From positions 22,756,001 through 22,820,000 of the forward strand of contig NC_087250.1 in assembly GCF_037042905.1 (NCBI RefSeq): 64,000 nucleotides of DNA. Direction: 5' to 3'. Within the stretch, counting starts at the first letter, position 1; each line of letters opens with the position of its first letter. The notes beneath the pieces were generated by a model. It was not told where the DNA came from, made no database searches, and saw only the letters and a list, made by a program, of their open reading frames with translations. Shown here one piece after another: positions 13,826 to 25,285 of the stretch. The DNA is from Lytechinus pictus. Lineage: Eukaryota. The position numbers and the translations under genes are program-made.

Positions 13826-14679
13826 CTTTAAGTTATTTGTAGATATGAAAAGCACACACAGCTGAAGCTAGATGGCATTCTCAAAAAATAATTTCATATG
13901 ATTATTATAGATAATGATAATATGCAACATATATATAGTGCTTAATACACATGTTTATGAATATTGCATATTATTATTTTGTCTTTTGCATGGTCATTAT
14001 GATCTGCCACTTTAACATTCAAGGAATTTCTTTCTATAGGTACCCATTTCTTTCAAATATAATTTGATTTCATACCAGTGGCCTTTGTAATGGTATTTGA
14101 AGATTATAATGACATCACCCCTGTGATTTATTCTAATGCCAACACGTTTTCTTGATTTTATTTATAAAAAAGGGCTATTGAAAATTGTAGATATTTGGTA
14201 GCTCAGTTAAAAGTGACACTGCTGGCCATGATGTAACCACGGCCCTTATTGGTTGTTACTGAAGGATGTCCCATAATGGTTGGGGATAGGTTTGATGGTT
14301 TCAAGTTCGGTGATGCCCTCTTGGTGTTGGTGTCAGGCTGATTCTGCACCAGCACAGCACCGAATGGCAATCAAGATTGTGATTCCAGCACCAACACCGA
14401 ACCGTTAACTCACATCAGGTATTGAAGCTGGGAAAGACAGTCTAAAATGTGCTTCAAACACCAACACCAAACTTTAAGCTATGGAAGTTGAACCGTTAAC
14501 TCGCATTAGGTGTTGGAGCTGGGATAGGCAATCTAAATTGTGCTTCAAACACCAACACCAAACTTTAAGCTATGGAAGACATTCTAAATTGTGCTTCCAA
14601 CACCAACATGAAACTTCCAATCACCCTGTAAGTAAGATCACCTTTGCTTATTTGGATCGTTCCGCTGTTCCTAACGTAG

Positions 14680-14857
14680 GGTGACTGATCATCACGAAGG
14701 AAACAAAATGACCGCAGAGAATCTCTCTATATGCTGGTGCCCATCTCTTCTACAGCTCTCCATGGAGGACATGCGTACCAAGTTGATGCCTCTAACCCGT
14801 ATTCTGAGCCTGTTAGTTATTAATGAAGAGACTATTGCGGATATTATAGGTTGGTAA
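14680..14857 (+). CDS. RhoGAP C-terminal exon, variant C
   Basis: ttcctaacgtAG acceptor, phase 2; (R)VTDHHEGNKMTAENLSICWCPSLLQLSMEDMRTKLMPLTRILSLLVINEETIADIIGW*. Confidence 0.8.
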
Positions 14858-16879
14858 CACCATTGTTTCTCTCTATGTGCCAGGATCTAGCCAGGGTCCC
14901 GTTGCTTAAAAGTTACCATTATGGTAACTTTGCCATCCAATGGTAGTTACCATCTGACGGCAAAGATATCCATAATGGTAACTATTCTGCTGCTGGACCT
15001 GGGCCAGGTTGGACACAAGACCATTTAGGGGCCATACTGTTTTTGCAAAATAGTTGGCCTTTAAAAGTTATTGTGTCTAATATAGCTGGATCCGTGCCTG
15101 CTATGGACCGTCCATTCTTTGCTGAAAATTAAAAGGAGATTGTGTGTTTTGATGTGGAATTTAACACCATATGAATATACATTAATACTCATAGTAGCGG
15201 ACATTTTGTAATGCCACTGGTAATTGCACTGTGGTGAAGTCATTATCTCACTTTCTCTGACCCGATGGTTGTCTGAGGCTAAGCAGGCTTGGCCGAAGAT
15301 TTTTTTAGTGGTACACCAAGTTTGCTGTCCCCCAAAGATATCTGTGTTACAGGTATTTCCAATGCTTTTCACAAAGTCTGGGGTCAGCAAATGATAATCC
15401 ATTCCTCCTGAACGCTAATGCCCATCTGACTTTAATGATCCATTTTGTTCCAACTTTAACTTTTCTTCTCTTGAAGAAAATACGAACCTATTGAATTATG
15501 AATTTTATCTTTCCGTTTTCAGTTTCTAGCAGGGTTATTGAACAGGGTTTATATTGATGAAAAAAATTTGATAAATCAATTTGCATTATTTTGTGGTGAA
15601 AGAAACTGGATGGGAGTTAAAAACTTGGAGTTAAAAAAATTGGATCATCCAGCAGATAAGGGGCCTGTTTCATAAAGACCTACTACAATTGTAACTGGGC
15701 CATTGTTGTAACTTCCGTGGAAACCCTTGATTGTGATTGGCTGCTGAGCCCTGTTACCATGGTAATTACCATAATGGCAAAGTTACCATATAGTTGTTAT
15801 TCTTTATGAAATTCCTGTGATACAAAGGTTCCCATGACACAAAGGTTAGCGATTAATCGTACGCTTGATTTTCACAATTAATTGTACATTGTAGTCAATG
15901 CAATCAATCATTAAAAAGATGTTCTATGATGATTGCTAAGCTTTGTGTTACAGGCCCGAGGTATTGGTCTGGTATGTGAGTTTTCATCCCACCGCTGCCA
16001 CCAAAACTATTTTTTTTTTTCACTTGTAACTTTTCATGAAATGCCCCCCCATAGCTATATATGAGGAGCATCCCAATCCCGAAATGACAAAGTAAAGTGA
16101 CATTTAAAGAAAAAAAGATACTTTGGGCATGCCCTAATCAACCACTAGCCATATGAGTATAGGCATGTAGAGAGTCTAATGGTTGTTCATGTAAAATGTA
16201 CTAAATGTAAAACTTTTGAACTGAAATATACTGCATCCTACAGAGCTATCGCTGTGCGAAGAACAAATTCAGAGTTTGCAAGAGAAACCTTTCACTGGTG
16301 TAATTTCACCCGGGATTCGGATAAAATGTCTATCAAGTCATATCATGAAACCCCCTCCCTCCCCTGCCATTGTTTATGGCAATTATCATCCAACTTTGGC
16401 TCATTTACAATTTGCTGTATTCTTGTCGGTTCCAATGCATGTGAATGAAGCCTACAGTTATTAATTACCTCGCTTTGCTGTTCATACACACAAAAAGCTG
16501 CCAAATTGAAAATATATGGAAATGTAGCTTAGTAACTTTGCATTCATAGAAGAGCTAAGTATAAGATTGTGTAGATTGGGATTATATTGATTTATAGTTG
16601 ATAAATGTGACTAAGCAATTATGTTTGTATGCCAGGTAATTTATTTCAGTACATTTGTAGCTTTTCTAAAGACTCTGAAGGTTTGAAAGTAAGGTCAGAA
16701 AGGAAGAAAATAGAATTTCTTTCAGAACATTGCCTACTCCAATTTTGATGTTTCTGTTTATTTTACATGTATTTCATATTTGTTTTTGCCCTGTAGCACT
16801 GTAATTGTTATCAGTCGCAATGAGATGATACATCCAGCTCATTTTTGCTTGTGCATTTTTTCCAGACTATTAACAGACC

Positions 16880-17034
16880 AGGGCCCCGTTGCATAAAAGT
16901 TACTATTACGGTAATGTTGCCATCCAATGGTAACTACCATGGTAACGCTGTGCCAATCAAAATCAAGGATTTCATGACAGATACCATTGGATGACAAAGT
17001 TACCATAATGTTAACTTTTATGCAACGGTGCCCT
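16880..17034. mobile_element. Palindromic CWG-flanked MITE (PIF/Harbinger-like); related copies at about 14892-15000, 42576-42716 and 44348-44508
   Basis: gggccccgttgcataaaagtta...taacttttatgcaacggtgccc inverted termini. Confidence 0.8.
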
Positions 17035-19224
17035 GGGGTGTTTCACAAGCATAAATGCACCGCTAGTTAAACAGTTTGGGAAAAATTTTTAAAGATCCAA
17101 ACTGACCCTTGCTCGATATAGATGCTCGTTCAAGATAATGAATTCATACAATGATTACATTGTGAATATGCTCATTCTGAGAAGTGTTAAACGACTTACA
17201 ACTGGATTGTGTGTCTATATGTATGTATTCTAAACCAATGTACTTATCAATTCAATAATTCAGTATACCATGATGTTCTTTCAAAAAGAAAACAAAAATT
17301 ATTTTCAATATCTTTTGTCAAACATATGCCAGGTTTGTAAGACGTAATTGAATTCATTCATTTCAATCAAATTGTGTGAATTATGAGTACCTTTTTTTTT
17401 AAATCTATGTCAATGCATTGCCTTTCAGCTAATTTTGTCTTTTCTTTGATCACCATGTATGTTGACTTTATCAATAGCTTTCAGCCTTGGAAAACACATT
17501 TTCTGTCTTCAAGATGATTTTCATGCTTATAGGAAAAGAAATCTTGAACTTGGCACCCCTGACATAGCGACATTAAGAAGTGTCTTGATGTTTCCCCACA
17601 ATTTTAAAGTGACTCTTCATTCATGCCAATAGCGCCATCTAAGGACTAGATTTAGGATGTGTGCCATGATAGGTACCCATAATGCAATACTTTCCCCCTT
17701 TTCATGATCATTCATCTTCAAATTATTTCACAAAGTTGATTAAAAAAAAAGATCAGTGATGCAAGGTATATTTATAAAAGGAATAATGGTGCATAATGGG
17801 TCTGTCTTGGCACTTTCCAAACCTCAACTATAGTTGGCGCTATTCAATATGTGTCTGTTTAAATTAAAAATGTAAGAGTAACCACTACCACAAAAATAAA
17901 AGTTGAATAAAATCACATCTGAAATGTTTGTAATATTACTTGGTTCAGGATAACACTGGTGTTAATATTCTAAACATTTTAGCTGAAGTCATCAATCAAA
18001 GATGCTATATCGGTAGTCATAAATGTATATGTTTTCTTTCATATATCAATTCTGGTTGCTGACATATTATAATTGATTGACTAAAAAAAATCACTCTTAC
18101 CATCTTGATTTTTCTTTTATTACCCTACCCATATCACTTCTGTTTTGAAATACTTTGAAAATATATCTTTGTTTTTTTTTTCTTTCAATTTTCATGTGTT
18201 CAAAATCTTGTCCTATAAATCCAAGTTATTGAAAGGGTATGTAACATTGTGGAAAATGATTCTTCATTGCAGAGCTTTCTGAGTTATGTGTCATGTTTGT
18301 TTTCATTTGCTTTGAAGAGTGAAGAAATTGCGGGAAATGTGTTTATGTTTAAGATTTTGTTTATTCCAACCATAAAGTGATTATGTTATAGACCGTTTTG
18401 AAAAAAAAAAGGATGAGTGCCCAACATTTTGTGGTCATCCCCAAATCTAGCTCTATACATACATACATACTTGTAGGTGTGCAGTCCTATAATACAGTGC
18501 TTATGTAGAAACAAATTTGATATTATGTTTGAATCTGGTACAAGTCTATTATTCTAAGGCTCAAAATGCTTTCTTTTGTAAAATATGATTGTTTTTGTAA
18601 CCCATTACTGAGAGAAATTTATTTTATGTGAACTTGCAAGTTATACTGATGCTCTATGTTATCGCATGACAGAAACTGCAATGTCACTTTCCTATTTGGT
18701 TGTTTTGTTTGCTTGAAATATATTTTCATACTCTGAACTTAAAGTAACTAATTCAAGGGGGGCGGGTTGGCTTGGCGGGACCATTTGTGGTAAGGATTGT
18801 TTGATGGTCAACAAGGGTTTATGTAAAATTGTACCTTTGGGATTTTTATTAATTCCGACGAGATTGAGATGAATATATACATGTGGGGTTACCAATCCTG
18901 TGTGTATACTTTATGATTTATGTCTATTTTTAATATAACCAGTTGCGAGATTTATGATATATATTAACCAATACCGGATGTTCTAATAGTAAAATGTCTC
19001 TTTCCTCATTAAATCTCAAAGGTATGTATTATGTGAATATCAATCTATTTCAAGATGTAAGTTACCCTACCGAGGAGTGTTTTCACTTTGTATGAAAACA
19101 CATTAAAATGTGCATTTACATGTAAGGTAAAATGTAATGTACATGTAATTATGGTGTAAGGGAATGTATTGAATATATATGATTCGTATGTAAGAAACTT
19201 ATAATGAAACTTTAAAAAAGAAGA

Positions 19225-19230
19225 AATAAA
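19225..19230 (+). terminator. Putative distal polyadenylation signal of the RhoGAP gene
   Basis: AATAAA at the end of a long UTR-like AT-rich stretch, followed by GT-rich downstream sequence. Confidence 0.5.
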
Positions 19231-19249
19231 AATGTGTACCGAGTATTTC

Positions 19250-19590
19250 TTTAGTTGTGTGAATAATTTGTTATATATTTATTTCATCTTGTGTTGTTTG
19301 TGAGTGTGATTTATACACCAATGTATCCCGTGTGTCTCTGTAGTTCACAATTGTATGAATAATTTTGAACATCCGTTTTGTGTTGTTGGTTTAGTGTGAA
19401 TTTATACAGCGTTGTATCATGTGTGTTTTCTTATTTGTTCACTGTTGTGTGAATATCTGTTAAATGCTGATGTTGGTTGCAAGTGTGAACTTATACAGCA
19501 AAGTATACTGTGCATTTCTTCTTTTGTTCACTGTTGTGTTGAATATTTTGTGTGTGTTATTGTTCGGTTGTGAGTGAATTTTTACAGCAT
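19250..19590. repeat. Degenerate GT-rich tandem repeat just downstream of the RhoGAP poly(A) signal
   Basis: About 4 units containing ttgtgtgaata...gtgtga(a)tttatacagc. Confidence 0.6.
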
Positions 19591-20153
19591 AAATTGCACT
19601 CGTCACATGGATGAATCCGACTCGATATAATGTGAATTTGTATGGATCAGCCTCGACAGTTCTCTAAAGTGCTTTGATGTTTAATACTACAAAGACCGAT
19701 GCTTCCCACGGAATCCTCCTTGCAGAAATGTATGTGAGATGTATTGCATGTGTGTATAAAGGGGTGCGCAGATGATAAAGGAGTTTTTGCTCCGCGACCT
19801 TTAGTGTTCATGAACAGAGGAAATGCATTGCCCTTCATAACAAAGTCGTCTTTGTAAAAAATTGATGAATCTGGACGAACGACATGTCTGTAATTTCTCG
19901 TCAGCTCTGAAACTTACACAAAACTTGTTTTGGTTCACCAATTTTTGACAAAGCCCTCTCAGCTGTTCTTTGTCATTGACAGGTATTTTCAATACATTTA
20001 CTGTGTTCTTGAACCCTCTGTTCATCGCGGACCAAAAACTCACTAACAGGAAGACCAAACAACCTCAAAGTGACCACAAACTTGCTTAGTCGTTCGTGAT
20101 GGATAATTTTCACTTATAAATGAACAAAGATAACCATGTTTTCTTTTCATTCT

Positions 20154-20159
20154 TTTATT
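20154..20159 (-). terminator. Putative polyadenylation signal of BAZ1B
   Basis: TTTATT on + (AATAAA on -), followed on - by T/GT-rich sequence; would imply a 3' UTR of about 4.5 kb. Confidence 0.45.
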
Positions 20160-21637
20160 TAATATATATACTGCAACCATACAAGACAGGTATCCTATAT
20201 TACAGACACAGACAATGTAAAACATACAGGAAATATATTGAAAATAGGATCAACACCACTCCCTTTATCCTCCATCTTTGAATTAAAAGTAAAATCAATT
20301 AAATTACATAGTTATGAATCATGATATACATTAAGAAATCTCCATGATATTGACAAGGGAAAAGTGCAATTACCATTGTATACATGTAGTATTAGACTAT
20401 CCAGAGAGTAATTTGACTTCTTAAATGAGCATTTCTGGATGTGAGAGGCTCTTTCTGTAAAGTTATGTAAAAAAAAAAAAAAATGCTCCACAAGCAGCAG
20501 TCATAAAAGATGTCGGTGCTAGTCGCGCAAAGAGTTGCAACTGATATGAGCAACCATGACTATGGAAAGCCAGCAATGTCAAAATGTTCTCTAAATATGC
20601 TGTAATATACATGTACATTCGTTGTCTTTGAAAGTTCAGTGTGCTTCTCTTGTTAACAAATGACACCGTACGTATTTCCTGTCAAAAATTGACGTTGATC
20701 GGATCAATCGCAAGTATTATAAAAGACGGGACCTAGGAAATTGCCTGACCTACATGTACCTACCAGTTAGCATCCAAAATAGGAGTCACAGCATATTTCC
20801 CATAGATGACTGTCTATATCTGGACAAAAAAAATTATTACCCCAATTACTCCTTTTAAAAAGGAGGCCTGTGATAGTAGGCCTGTGATATATATTCAACT
20901 TCCATTACAGCTTTTTAGAGTGGAAAAAACCACCAAATCTTGATTTCATACAAATTGTCTGTTTTCTAAAAAAATTATCTACTTTAAAACATCCAGGATC
21001 TTATATTTTTGTCTGGAAAATAACATTTTTGTTCTAAAAACAGAATTTAAACCATTGGTATCCTTTACAAATCTCAGCTCTCGCTTTGATGAATTGTGAA
21101 TTATAAAGTTTTAGAACTAAAATAAGTTTAATAACGAATGAGACCATGTATTACAGCAGTTTGTGTATATAACTTAAAATTTCATAAATTTGCCTGAACG
21201 TGTGATTAATAGAAACAATATTTTTGCACCATAAAAAAAAGAAAATCACACAAAGAAAATAACATAAAAGCCTCGCCACATCTAATGTAGTACAGGGGAG
21301 CATTTCAAGATGTCAACTTTCTTTGATTTTAACTGCCTGAGTAGCATAGTTTCAATGAGAACTGTTCGATAAAACACACTTTGTCGGATAATACAGGTTG
21401 ATGTGTCCAAAAACCATATAAAATAGCCTGGGAGGTGTTTAACAGAGAGTTTAATTGCTGACATGCACATATGTAACACATTACACAATAACAAATTCAC
21501 AATAACGGTTAAAAGCTACTGAAATCCTTCAATCTGATGGTTATTTGTTATAGAAATTGAGCATTTGTTAATATATTTTTATGCAAAGGGACCCTGATAG
21601 ATGACTAGACACTAGCGCACGTCATAAAGCACATGAT

Positions 21638-21910
21638 CTGGACCCCGTCTTACAAAGAGTTGCGATTGATCTGATCAACCACAACTATGGAAAGCTAGCA
21701 ACCCCAACATCTAAAATTCATGTTTGTTCGAAACGTTTTCTAGATATGAATGTATATTCATAAATTCATTGTTTTCTTGACAATTTGGTGTGTTTGCCGT
21801 TGTTTACAAAGGACATTTTGCAAATTTCCTGCAGAAAAAATTATGACACTGATGGATTTCCATAGTTACAACTGATTGGATCAATCATAACTCTGTAAGA
21901 CGGGGCCCTG
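21638..21910. mobile_element. CWG-flanked MITE; related copies at about 1-121, 20520-20735 and 35037-35305
   Basis: ggaccccgtcttacaaagagttgcgattgatc...gatcaatcataactctgtaagacggggcc. Confidence 0.8.
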
Positions 21911-22020
21911 ATAAATGCGATGATGCGTTATATACCGGACAGTGCACACAACTAGGAATTTAAGGACTAGTAAGTCACACCTAAATCTTTGTGAAATACC
22001 CCCTCCTTGAGAGTGACCTG

Positions 22021-22238
22021 GAGGCGCCATGGTGTAGTGGCTCTGATCACTGTCTCTTAATAAGAGGATCGTGGGTTCAAATTTTTACTCTGGGAATTGA
22101 TTTCCTTCAGCAAGAAATTCATGCGCATTGTGCTGCACTTGACCCAGGTGAGGTAAATCATAGGTACCAGGCAGGAATTTATTCCTTGAACGCACAGCAT
22201 TGGAACGGCAGTGAGCCAAAGCTGGGGTAATAATAATA
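22021..22238 (+). mobile_element. tRNA-derived SINE; related fragments at about 38307-38480 and 45625-45900
   Basis: A-box tggtgtagtgg, B-box ggttcaaat, core tgtgctgcacttgacccaggtgag and (taa)n tail. Confidence 0.75.
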
Positions 22239-23220
22239 ACAAGTGGAATGCCTCTGGCCGTCTCACCTGCATCACGCAATTCAATATAGCAGCAGTGCTG
22301 ATTTTGAAAACTACTATAACTCGCACAAGATGTTCAGTGATACTTGGTTACTCTTATTTCCACGTTTTATGAACTAGACCAATACACTTATAGAGATATG
22401 ATGGCAATTCAACAAATACCCCCAACATGGCCAAAGTTCTTTGACCTTACATGACCTTTGACCTTGATCATGTGACCTGAAACTCGCACAGGATGTTCAG
22501 TGATACTTGATTACTATTATGTCCAAGTTTTATGAACTAGACCAACACACTTTCAAATTTATGGCTGTAATTCAACAAATACCCCAATTTGGCCAAAGTT
22601 CATTGACCCTAAATGACCTTTGATCTTGATCATGTGACCTGAAACTTGCACAGGGTGTTCAGTAATACTTGATTACTATTATGTCCAAGTTTCATGAATC
22701 AGATCCATAAACTTTCAAAGTTATGATGGTAATTCAACAGATACCCCCAATTCGGCCAAAGTTCATTGACCCTAAATGACCTTTGACCTTGGTCATGTGA
22801 CGTGAAACTCATGCAGGATGTTCAGTGATACTTGATTAACCTTATGTATAAGTTTCATGAACTAGGTCCATATATTTTCTAAGTTATGATGACATTTCAA
22901 AAACTTAACCTTAGGTTAAGATTTTGATGTTGATTCCCCCAACATGGTCTAAGTTCATTGACCCTAAATGACCTTTGACCTTGGTCATGTGACATAAAAC
23001 TAAGGCAGGATGTTCAGTAATACTTGATTAACCTTATGGCCAAGTTTCATGAACTAGGTCCATATACTTTCTAAGTTATGCTGTCATTTCAAAAACTTAA
23101 CCTCAGGTTAAGATTTGGTGTTGACGCCGCCGCCGCCGTCGCCGCCGCCGCCGCCGTCGCCGCCGCCGTCGGAAAAGCGGCGCCTAGTATAGTCTCACTC
23201 TGCTATGCAGGTGAGACAAT
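22238..23220. mobile_element. Helentron-type non-autonomous element (HINE/pearl-like) with an internal tandem array
   Basis: Starts AACAAG; sub-terminal IR gtctcacctgcat / atgcaggtgagac; about 5 internal units of about 178 bp (gacctttgaccttg); (GCC)n; terminal hairpin. Confidence 0.75.
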
Positions 23221-23930
23221 AAAGCACAATGGAATAGATTATTTTTGAAAGATGGCTCTATACAAATAGCTATTATTTTTATTTATTTTTAATTTTACAA
23301 AGGCATGGTGCATGTTTGAAGAGAAAAACCCAATTGGAAAACACACAAATGGTTAATGTCCAATGTAGTCATGAATCATTGTGTCAAAACGTTTTTTGTT
23401 TTTAAATAGGTGCCTTGAATCAGGTACTGGGGATTTCCCTTTAGTTTCACTTTGTGGAAATTAAAAAGTTAAATTAGATAAGATCGGTTCATACTTGACT
23501 TTATATATACAATTCACTTGACCAGGGGAGTGTTTCATCAATATTTTCATCCGACAAGTTGTCAGATCTGACATCTTTCCATGATTTTGATTGGCAGAGA
23601 GGCACTGTTCCTATGGTAACTGTCGGATAAAACGTCCGACAAGTCCTTTCATGAAACACCCCCCAGCTTGATAAATTATCTCTTGGCGGGAGTATGGGTC
23701 AGCATATTAGAAGAATAAAAAAATTAGTATCAACTCTCACTAGAATTAACTCATCAAGTACCAAGAGAACATTTCTGATAAATTTCTCTTCTGTTCAGCG
23801 ATTTCTTCGCAAAGCGTGCTTTCCTTTGCTCAACAATATACATGCATTCCGCTTAAATATCAATAAAAACTTCACAGACTCCTGAAGAACTTCACTGTCC
23901 TGTTCTTCCATTTTAGTGAAACATATTTAA

Positions 23931-24442
23931 AGGTCAAGTCCACCACAGGAAAATGTTGATTTGAATAAATAGAGAAAAATCAAACTAGCATAATGCTGAA
24001 AATTTCATCAAAATCGGATGTAAAATAAGTTATGACAATTTGAAGTTTTGTTTTTTAATGTTTGAATTATACAATATTTCATTTTTTTACAAATTTGACA
24101 ATATGGACTAACTTTACTGAACTATATGGTATGAAACAATGCTAATTCCATATGTTCAGGGAGGAATTATTTTTGTTTCGCTTGACAATGAGGAGAAAAT
24201 TAGAATTTTTCATATTTAATATAATAAAATACAAAAGAAATAGTGAGTGGATGATGTCATCAGTCTCCTCATTTGCATACTGACCAGGATGTGCATATAA
24301 CTGTTTTGTGAAATTAAGCGATACTTTAAAATGTCATAACTTTCTTATTTTACATCTGATTTTGATGAAATTTTCAGTGTTATGTTTGGTGGATTTTTCT
24401 CTTTTTATTCAAGTAAGCTTTTTGTTGGGGTGGACTTGTCCT
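23931..24442. mobile_element. Kolobok-like MITE in the BAZ1B 3' region; related copies at about 36128-36553, 46996-47467 and 52755-53320
   Basis: TTAA|aggtcaagtccac...gtggacttgtcct|TTAA. Confidence 0.8.
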
Positions 24443-24657
24443 TTAAAGGAGGTTCAACTATTAGAGGGGATCACACTCTCTGGATGATGAAAAGGTCAAA
24501 TTTGAAGAAAGTCCCATGGTCTATCATGGAAGATTAGTCGTTTATCTAGCCTCCCTAATTAGAGTAGACAAAGTATTCTCTGAGGGGCTGTCCCATTCTT
24601 TGTCTCTATGATAAAGTTGGCTTTTCATTTCGCCCAACCCTCACTTCTCCGTGATAA

Positions 24658-24987
24658 CTATCTCCGTCTAGAACGTCGAGATGAACGAGTTGGCTTTTTT
24701 ATCACGACTTCCTCATCTTCTTCTTCCTCCTCCTCCTCTTCTTCTTCCTCCTCTTCTTCTTCCTCCTCTTCTTCCTCCTCTTCTTCCTCCTCTTCTTCTT
24801 CCTCCTCTTCTTCTTCCTCTTCTTCTTCTTCCTCCTCTTCTTCCTCCTCTTCCTCCTCCTCTTCCTCCTCCTCGTCTTCTTCTTCCAGATATTTCTGCCA
24901 AAGGTCACGACCTGCCGATAGATGCCACTTGATCAAGTTTGAGAAGTAATCTTTGGTCTTCTGGACTTGCTGTAGGACGTAGTTATC
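24658..24987 (-). CDS. BAZ1B: BAZ1B last coding exon (end of bromodomain, poly-Glu tail)
   Basis: DNYVLQQVQKTKDYFSNLIKWHL...KYL, then 59 E/D residues, then VVIKKPTRSSRRSRRR*. Confidence 0.87.
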   Translation of the reverse strand, partial: DNYVLQQVQKTKDYFSNLIKWHLSAGRDLWQKYLEEEDEEEEEEEEEEEEEEEEEEEEEEEEEEEEEEEEEEEEEEEEEEEEEEEEEEEEDEEVVIKKPTRSSRRSRRR

Positions 24988-25254
24988 CTGAATTACAGAA
25001 AAACAGGAAGATCATTTCAGTTAGTATTTTCAAGATGTGTTTAATGACTAGTACAGGGTTAAATGATGGTTATCTTAGAACACTATACTACTACTTCTGC
25101 CGCTACCACCACCACCACCACCCCCAATGATACTATTGCTACTACTATTACTACTATAATACTACTACTACTTCTACTGCTATCACTACTCCCACTACTA
25201 GTTCTACTACTACTGCTGTTACTGCTACTACAACTATTACTACTACTACATCTA

Positions 25255-25285
<31 letters not shown>

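Noticed and set aside
12984..15402. Two similar minus-strand ORFs (DYHL.TPDF.KS)
   Set aside because: Similarity follows from the duplicated DNA block; the frames diverge after an indel and there is no splice or domain support.
16244..16464. Fourth RhoGAP variant or common last exon after ctgcatcctacAG
   Set aside because: Open in two frames but with no RhoGAP motif or recognisable homology; cannot be supported without transcripts.
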